From Hypanus sabinus (taxonomy: Eukaryota): DNA of 64,000 bases. Made by a program: the position numbers and the translations under genes. The notes under the pieces are model-generated. The model had not been told where the DNA came from and searched no databases. It worked only from the letters and a program-made list of their open reading frames with translations. Below are positions 59,601 through 64,000 of this stretch, piece after piece. Position 1 is the first letter of the stretch; each line of letters begins with the position of its first letter. The DNA lies in the NCBI RefSeq assembly GCF_030144855.1, contig NC_082730.1, forward strand, positions 15,624,001 through 15,688,000, in the 5' to 3' direction.

Positions 59601-61144
59601 TTAGTCATTTCCTCCCTAGGTTCCCATAATATCCAGGGCTACACTTGCTCAAGCCCTATGAAATTATCCAAAAATTGTATTCTTCAACACTGACAACTCC
59701 TCATTTGTAATAATAATGCATTCCAACAGAACACCATTCATTTCCCTTAATTGCTTATCTTCCATGGCCTGCTCCATAGTAAATAAAGATGAGAAATACT
59801 CTATTCATTTAAGACCTCACTGGTCTCCTACAGCTCCACATATGGATGATCACATTAATCCTTGAAGGATCAGCTGTTCCGCTCCCCACCGCTGCCATCT
59901 GACATGCTGAGCATTCCCAGCACTTTTCTGCCAATATCTCAGGTATTGATCATTTAGGGAATTTCTCTTTGGAAAAGAATGCATTCCTTTTGTTCAGATC
60001 TTTGCAACAAACAGTGACTGGGGATAACACTGCACTAAAAGTAATTGTCTGGTATTTAGAGAGAGACAGAGACAGAGAGAGGGGACAGGAAATACATCAT
60101 AGGGGTAATTGAATAATTAGTTATTATAATTTACAGCCAATGAGGTATATTCTGTAGGCTGGTCATTTGGAATGACATTATTTTACAATCAATCTATCTA
60201 ATAATAATTAATCTCTCCCTCAACACTCTTTTCCTTTTAATAGACTTGTAAATCTCTCAGAATTCTCTTTTAACTTATCTGCTTGAATTATCTCATATCC
60301 TCTATTTGCTTTCCTGATCTCTTCTAATTGTAAACCTATCTCGTATGTTCCTCAAGGGATTCATTTGATCCCAGCTGCCTATACCTGTTAAATGCCTTGT
60401 TTTTCCTGACCAGTATCTCAATATCCCTTGTCAACCAGGATTTCCTAATCCTGCCTGTTTTGCACTTCACCCTTACAGGAACATGCCATTCCTGATCTGC
60501 ACTGGAATGGAAGTGGTGTCATGTTTACATCACATTGCTGTGTTATATCCGTAATGAAGAAATTAGAATAAATACCTCCATTTTCCACGATTCAGAGGGT
60601 GCTCCCTATAGTGTTTACTATGACAGTTCAAACTAACTATATCCCATGACATCAGTTGAATTGCACTTGTAAGCTCTTGCAATGCTTCTTTACCATTGGT
60701 GCCAAAGCAGAGAAAGTCACAGCAAGGCAAACTCCCTGCTGAACTGCAGGCTGAGTGCATCACACTTCAGGTTATTTCTCTAAGTGCTGGAAGTGTTCCT
60801 AAATGGCCTGGACAATAGTTAGTCTTCAACCAACATCACTATCATTGGTCATGATCACATTTCTGCTTTTGCGACTTTGCTGTGAGCAGATTGGCTGTTG
60901 CAAGTTCCCACATTGTCAACGGTGTCCAATGTTGATTTTCTGAGCTGCAGACATCCTGAGCTCATGAAAAGTGCTGTGTAAATGTCAGATTTTACAAATG
61001 GCCAAGAATGAATGGTGAACCAGAACTGACCCTTTCCTATTCTTTACCACAGAACCACTTACACAACCGTGCTCAGTGTCATTGGGAGTCTTCTCATACT
61101 ACTTGCCATTTGTCTACTTTGTTACCTGAAGACAAAAAACAGGG
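20609..61144 (+). CDS. Gene C: CD300/pIgR-like (MDIR-like) type I receptor, leader-V-C2-V-C2-V-C2-stalk-TM; cytoplasmic end unresolved
   Basis: Nine exons with canonical AG/GT sites and compatible phases join into 2137 nt of uninterrupted frame: 20609-20648, 22189-22509, 26583-26903, 29819-30139, 32024-32344, 35439-35759, 38292-38612, 56663-56741, 61053-61144. Confidence 0.8.
22189..22509 (+). CDS. Gene C exon: distal Ig V domain (V1b)
   Basis: 321 nt, phase 1-1. Contains [18 protein letters not shown] and [18 protein letters not shown]. Close paralogue of V1a. Confidence 0.92.
22600..24540 (+). mobile_element. CR1 LINE 3' portion, interrupted by a solo LTR
   Basis: Contains [20 protein letters not shown]...[11 protein letters not shown] (22713-22991) and CR1-type 3' UTR sequence. 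Confidence 0.85.
23222..24028. mobile_element. Solo LTR (807 bp)
   Basis: Termini TGTTACGA...TCATAACA with 4-bp TSD AAGG (23218-23221 and 24029-24032). Splits contiguous CR1 sequence. Confidence 0.75.
24850..26520 (-). mobile_element. Tc1-like element (paralogous intronic copy), split by an LTR-like insertion
   Basis: Collinear with 7745-8290 and 31375-31960 once 25263-26349 is removed. Confidence 0.75.
25263..26349. mobile_element. LTR-like insertion (1087 bp) containing three 30-bp tandem repeats
   Basis: Termini TGTTATGG...TTATGAAA with an imperfect 5-bp TSD GGGTA/GAGTA. Absent from the paralogous site at ~31790. The unit ctgc(g/a)t(t/c)cctgctctccctcgacctaggct occurs three times at 25981-26070, the third copy diverging at its 3' end. 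Confidence 0.65.
26583..26903 (+). CDS. Gene C exon: Ig C2 domain (C2b)
   Basis: tttcccacag| acceptor and |gtaagt donor, 321 nt. Reads EPVSVPVL...[20 protein letters not shown]...LHC...[11 protein letters not shown]...[20 protein letters not shown]. Confidence 0.92.
27240..28190 (+). mobile_element. CR1 fragment (duplicated at ~32680-33800)
   Basis: CR1 ORF2-like sequence, e.g. aagtcacctggaccaggtggactac and ttggaaggcatttgacaaagtgtcac. Confidence 0.7.
29819..30139 (+). CDS. Gene C exon: internal Ig V domain (V2b)
   Basis: 321 nt, phase 1-1. Reads [24 protein letters not shown]...[11 protein letters not shown]...[18 protein letters not shown]. Confidence 0.92.
31375..31960 (-). mobile_element. 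Tc1-like element (paralogous intronic copy)
   Basis: Collinear with 7745-8290. Confidence 0.75.
32024..32344 (+). CDS. Gene C exon: Ig C2 domain (C2c)
   Basis: atttcccacag| acceptor and |gtgagt donor, 321 nt, open frame. Close paralogue of C2b. Confidence 0.92.
35439..35759 (+). CDS. Gene C exon: internal Ig V domain (V3b)
   Basis: 321 nt, phase 1-1. Reads [12 protein letters not shown]...IDCHY...[11 protein letters not shown]...DTGLYRC. Confidence 0.92.
36960..37270 (-). mobile_element. Truncated Tc1-like copy
   Basis: Matches 31375-31670, then homology stops abruptly at ...ctggatgttact (~37270). Confidence 0.7.
38292..38612 (+). CDS. Gene C exon: divergent membrane-proximal Ig C2 domain (C2d)
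   Basis: ttttccacag| acceptor and |gtaagt donor, 321 nt. Reads EPVSAPLL...[26 protein letters not shown]...LHC...[11 protein letters not shown]...[12 protein letters not shown]. Confidence 0.9.
40695..42355 (-). mobile_element. L1-A: 3' segment of a minus-strand L1 LINE (ORF2 C-terminus and A-rich tail)
   Basis: ORFs 41774-42241 and 40720-41766 with [14 protein letters not shown] and [16 protein letters not shown] (L1 cysteine-rich domain). Continues the sequence that breaks at ~47720. Confidence 0.85.
42362..47720 (+). mobile_element. L1-B: near full-length, disrupted L1 LINE inserted antiparallel into L1-A
   Basis: ORF1 (42435-43210, [14 protein letters not shown]); ORF2 from ~43709 with endonuclease, RT ([19 protein letters not shown] at ~45770) and C-terminus; A-rich end at ~47712. 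Many stops and frameshifts. Confidence 0.88.
47720..56130 (-). mobile_element. L1-A: 5' and central segments (5' UTR, ORF1 from ATG 56006, ORF2 endonuclease/RT), split by a BEL element
   Basis: Minus-strand [18 protein letters not shown]...[10 protein letters not shown] (52784-53404). YADD lies just before the BEL insertion point, and the frame resumes at 47968. Confidence 0.85.
47969..52641 (+). mobile_element. BEL/Pao LTR retrotransposon, non-autonomous (RT, RNase H and most of integrase deleted)
   Basis: LTRs at 47969-48657 and 51960-52641. Imperfect 5-bp TSD ATTGG/AGTGG; PPT agcggggag before the 3' LTR. Gag with three Cys/His knuckles ([42 protein letters not shown]), protease [11 protein letters not shown], and integrase tail AIINARPL...[10 protein letters not shown]. 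Confidence 0.92.
56205..56530 (+). mobile_element. tRNA-derived V-SINE-like element
   Basis: Central gtacgttctcccagtgactgtgtggctttcctctgggtgccctggtttcctcccaca V-domain-like sequence. Confidence 0.6.
56663..56741 (+). CDS. Gene C exon: Thr-rich stalk
   Basis: Strong acceptor ttttcttttcttttaacag| and donor |gtaaag, 79 nt. Phase 1 to 2 exactly bridges C2d (phase 1) to the TM exon (phase 2). Encodes [27 protein letters not shown]. Confidence 0.72.
56945..57670 (-). mobile_element. Rex1/Babar-like LINE 3' fragment
   Basis: Encodes [10 protein letters not shown]...[22 protein letters not shown]...RLYNSFFPQ (57179-57418). Confidence 0.7.
61053..61144 (+). CDS. Gene C exon: transmembrane domain, uncharged
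   Basis: ctttcctattctttaccacag| acceptor and |gtaggt donor. Encodes [30 protein letters not shown]: a 20-aa hydrophobic helix followed by a basic stop-transfer signal, with no Lys/Arg/Asp/Glu inside the helix. Confidence 0.85.
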
Positions 61145-61669
61145 GTAGGTTTCTTTTTTCCTTTCATTATTTCATGATGAATATGATAACTAGCTACTGG
61201 ATCTCAAGGAACTTGATTTGGCTGCAGTCAACAAAAAGACAGGATTAGAATGCCAATGTGTTGGTTTACAACACATGAATGAATGGTGTTGCTTCCACTA
61301 TAACTTGGTGACTCCATTATTCATGAAACATCAAGTGTGGAATCTCACTTCAAGTTTGGAATGGCAGGGAACCAAGAGGCTGCGTAGAAGAAAGATTAAG
61401 ATGGTCTCACCTGTTGTACTCCATTTTGGGAATTAGCTGTTGTATTTGAAAGTGTATTCAATGAGCTCTTCCTCAGTACAGCCTCCAATTAAATGCAATC
61501 ATTTGGGCAATGTATGTGTAAAATCATTCTCTCGTGTAATTCTAAAAAAAGATCAGATGTACCTTTTACCTATCTACCACTCAGTGCATATTACGGGAGA
61601 AAATTCCTTGCTGTTATTGGACAAAGTTGTAGATTAACGCATGGGTCTGTTTTGTTGGGATGATTCTGA

Positions 61670-61975
61670 GATGGGCACCACGGTGGCGGGGAGGGTAGCG
61701 CAAAGCAATTACTGCTCGGGGCATTTTGGAGTTCAGAGTTCAAGTCCAGTGCCATTCCATAAGGAGTTTGTACATCCTCCCTGTGGAATCCCTGGGTTTT
61801 CTCCTGTTGCTCTGGTTTCCTCCCACAGTCCAAAGACGTACCATGTAGGTTAATTGGTTGTTGTAAATTGTCCTGTGATGAGGTTCGGGCTAATCGGGTT
61901 TGTCGGGGGTTGCTGTGTAGGCATGGCTTGAAGGGTCAGAAGGGCTGCACCACTAAATAAATGTACAAATAAATA
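61670..61975 (+). mobile_element. tRNA-derived V-SINE-like element
   Basis: Contains ggtggcggggagggtagcg...ctctggtttcctcccacagtccaaagacgtacc and an AAATA-repeat tail. Confidence 0.65.
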
Positions 61976-62854
61976 CATAAATAACTAAGTAATCTTGTGT
62001 TTCTTAAATAGACTTTCTAAACCAGTAAGGAGGACTGTGAGTACAGTGATCATCTGTGTGTTATTATCAGATGAGGAAATGGGATTGATCACTGGAAAAT
62101 AAAGCCCCTGCAGCCTCCAAATGATCAGCTGATGGAATACATCTCGTTGGCTGAAAATTATGATAACATGATGTATTTCCTGTCTTTTCTCTTTCTCTAC
62201 AACAAACCAGACAATTACATTCAGTGTAGTCACTGTTTATTGCAAAGTTCTGCAAAAAAAGGATTAAATTCTTTTCCAAAGAGAAATTCTTTCAATGATC
62301 AATACCTGAGATATTGGCAGAAAAGTGCTGGGAATGCTCAGCATGTCAGATGGCAGCTGTGGAGAGAGGAACAGCTGATTCTTCAAGGCAATGATGGCAA
62401 ATGGAAAATGTGAACGATAACAAATCTTGAGGTGCACAGGTAGTATAGAAGGAAGCACAAAAGAGAGGGTTTCTGATAGACTACAAGGCACGTCAGAAGA
62501 GATGACGGGTGAGGCAAAAGATGGGTGGTAATAGGATTAATGAAGATTTAAAGATGGGCGGGCTTTGAAATGTGATATCTGCATCGATGACATTTCATTG
62601 AGGATGGGATATTCGGATTCTGTATGAGCTGGTGAGAAAACAGATAAATTGTTGACCTCATTGTTGAATTTGCAAAGAGGTTTTATGGCCAGTTGGAAAA
62701 TGAGATGCTTTTTTTTTATTTTGGGCAGTTTGTTCCTTCTTCCTGAGGGACAATCTGCTACAGAGCTCTGGAGAGATCAATGAGATGTTCATGGGACTAT
62801 GTGAGTATTGTCAGGTAATCTGCTCCATCATATAGTGAAGGAGAAATATTCTCT

Positions 62855-62856
<2 letters not shown>

Positions 62857-62887
<31 letters not shown>
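62857..62887 (+). repeat. (AC)n microsatellite
   Basis: About 15 uninterrupted AC units. Confidence 0.95.
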
Positions 62888-62891
<4 letters not shown>

Positions 62892-62999
62892 ATGTTGGAA
62901 ATGCTCAGTAAATCAGACAGAATTTGTAGCGAAAAAAAGAAAATTTAAATTTCAGATCTGAAATCCTTATTACAATATCCAAAGATAGTAGAGCAGGTG

Positions 63000-64000
63000 G
63001 AAGGTGAAAGAATATGATCCTTTCTGGAGACACAGTCAGCAGCAGGAGCAGAGCACAGTGACAAGGTTTCTCACAGGTCAGCGAGACTTGTTTAAAAGGA
63101 GAGCTTCGCGGGCATTTGGACGGGAGCAGAACACAGTGACTAGTGGTGTTCCGCAAGAGTCAGTGTTATTACTGCTTATTTTAAGCTGTATACCAATGAT
63201 TTAGATGAATGAATAGATGGCTTTGTTGCCTAGTTTGCAGATAATACAATGATTGGAGGGGCAGGTAATGTTGAGGAAACAGATAGGCTGCAGAAGAATT
63301 TAGACAGATGAGGAGATTAGGCAAGAAAGTGGCAAATGAAATACCGTGTTGTAAAATGCATGGTCATGCATTCGAGTAGTATAAATAAATGTAAAGACTG
63401 TTTTCCAAATGGGGTGAACATCTAAAACTCTGAGATGCAAAAGGACTTGGGAGTCCTTGTGCAGAACAACCTAAAGGTTAACTTACAGGTTGAGTCAGTG
63501 GTGAGGAAGGCAAATGCAAAGTCAGCATTCATTTTCAGAGGTCGAAAATACAAGAGCAGAAATGTGATACTGAAGCTCTGTAAAGAACTGCTGAGGCCTC
63601 AACTAGAGTATTCTGAACAGTTTTTGGCTCCTTAGCTAAGAAAAGATGCGCAGGCATTGGAGAGGATCCAGAGAAGGTTCACAAGGATGATTCCAGGAAT
63701 GGAAGGGTTACCATACGAGGAATGTTCAATGGCTCTGGGTCTGTACTCATTGGAAATTAGAAGGATGAGTAGGGATCTTATTAAACCCTTCGAACGTTGA
63801 AAGGCCTAGAAGACAGAGTATATGTCTCCCATGGTGGACAAGAAGGCCCAGCCTCAGAATAGAGTGGCGCCCATTTAAAATAGAGATGCGGAGAATTTTC
63901 TTTAGCCAGAATGTGGTGAATTTGTGGAATTTGGTACCACACGCATCTGTGGAGGTCAAGTCATTGAGTGTATTTAAGGCAGTGATGGAAGAGTTCTTGA
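63000..64000 (+). mobile_element. CR1 LINE 3' fragment running to the window end
   Basis: Contains TSGVPQESV..., tttgcagataatac (FADDT-like) and QKDLGVLVQNNLKVNLQVESVVRKAN. Confidence 0.8.

Noticed and set aside
61985-62233. Minus-strand ORF with a short hydrophobic stretch (ITVLTVLLTGL) as a TM exon of an opposite-strand gene
   Set aside because: The helix is too short, there is no good donor, and no other minus-strand host exons were found.

Overview
Eukaryotic genomic DNA, most likely a cartilaginous fish (shark/ray). This is inferred from the CR1, L1, Penelope, Rex-Babar, V-SINE and Tc1 repeat repertoire and from the gene family present. The window is part of a tandem + strand cluster of CD300/pIgR-like Ig-superfamily receptor genes, resembling the modular domain immune-type receptor (MDIR) family known from skate. 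Three genes are represented. Gene A: only its last exon (879-1154), a cytoplasmic tail with three ITIM-like motifs. Gene B (4460-10493): a probable truncated pseudogene with a damaged leader, V, a C2 exon frameshifted by a 7-nt deletion, and a second V. Gene C (20609 to at least 61144): an apparently intact open reading frame of leader, V-C2-V-C2-V-C2, Thr-rich stalk and uncharged transmembrane exon; its cytoplasmic exons are unresolved. All six Ig exons of gene C are exactly 321 nt with phase 1 at both ends. The alternating (V-C2)x3 ectodomain appears to have been built by tandem duplication of a ~5.5-kb C2-V unit. The internal V domains keep a signal-peptide remnant but have lost the canonical C-strand Trp and the FG-loop Asp. 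The rest of the window is transposon debris, including a Gypsy element nested in CR1 and an 18-kb intron holding an L1 interrupted by both a second L1 and a BEL/Pao element. Exon boundaries were inferred by eye from AG/GT sites and phase compatibility; no database search or alignment was run.
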